This document shows, piece by piece, positions 35,862 through 36,248 of a DNA stretch of 36,248 bases. Positions within the stretch are counted from its first letter, which is position 1; the number at the start of each line of letters is the position of its first letter. The notes below the pieces were generated by a model. The model was not told the origin of the DNA. It saw nothing but the letters and a program-made list of their open reading frames with translations, and ran no database searches. The stretch is from Octopus bimaculoides (taxonomy: Eukaryota), in NCBI RefSeq assembly GCF_001194135.2, contig NC_068988.1, forward strand, positions 22,300,108 to 22,336,355, read 5' to 3'. The position numbers and the translations under genes were made by a program.

Positions 35862-36236
35862 ACAGAGCTGGTAGCTGAGATTCGGAAGAAGGATTACGTC
35901 TGTGAGCTGGTTGGGTTCGAGGTTGGCTGCAGGGATTTCCCAGCAGCGTCTCTCAGAAGGTTTCTAAAGGTGGCTGGTGTATCTGCTGTGAGGAAGACCA
36001 TCAAAGAATATGGGGAAAAAACAGTTGAAGGTAGTGCTTAGATTACCAGGAGGTTTGTGATTGCGTATAAAGCCACAGAACTGTCGTGAATCCGGTTCAA
36101 ACGCAATACGTCCAGCTGTTGCAGGCCCACCTTGTGGAGAGATACTGAATTTAATGGGCCGAAATCTTGTCGTAGCACGGCACACAGCTAATGATTGCAG
36201 CCGGACGAGAAATGGAGCACTCGGTGTTTTCTGTTA
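35862..36236 (+). mobile_element. 3' end of a HERO-like non-LTR retrotransposon (restriction-like endonuclease C-terminus + 3' UTR), 5'-truncated
   Basis: Reads [39 protein letters not shown]...EGSA*ITRR. This matches the C-terminal signature of RLE-type (HERO clade) elements, EL....G.....(P)VEVGCRGF...S...L.....A.E.S.W.W.RR. TAG at 36039-36041 sits where Trp is expected. About 150 bp of UTR follows, ending at (AT)n. Confidence 0.75.
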
Positions 36237-36248
36237 TATATATATATA

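Noticed and set aside
570-35863. Dozens of long ORFs rich in Y/I, C/V, H/T or X
   Set aside because: They are translations of (AT)n, (GT)n, (AC)n and N-runs, which lack stop codons. There is no domain signal.

Overview
This is eukaryotic (animal) non-coding DNA, about 13% assembly gaps (15 N-runs, about 4.9 kb). It is very rich in (AT)n, (GT)n, (ATAC)n, (GATA)n and trinucleotide microsatellites. The repeat landscape resembles that of an octopus (coleoid cephalopod) genome; this is an inference. I cannot support any host protein-coding exon, rRNA, true tRNA gene or CRISPR array, and nearly all supplied ORFs are microsatellite or N-run artefacts. The interpretable content is mobile DNA. There are three tRNA-derived SINE families, one of them recurring as a fixed dimer. 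There is a decayed but nearly full-length mariner transposase, a Tigger/pogo-like MITE, relics of RTE and L1/Tx1-like LINEs, and the 3' end of a HERO-like retrotransposon with a restriction-like endonuclease. The best non-obvious signal is a minimal type-I hammerhead ribozyme with a palindromic stem III (30635-30690), the kind associated with Penelope-like elements, plus several weaker relics of the same design. Two long perfect inverted repeats (1-212, and 13104-13252/13562-13710) may be assembly artefacts. No new protein-based system is evident.
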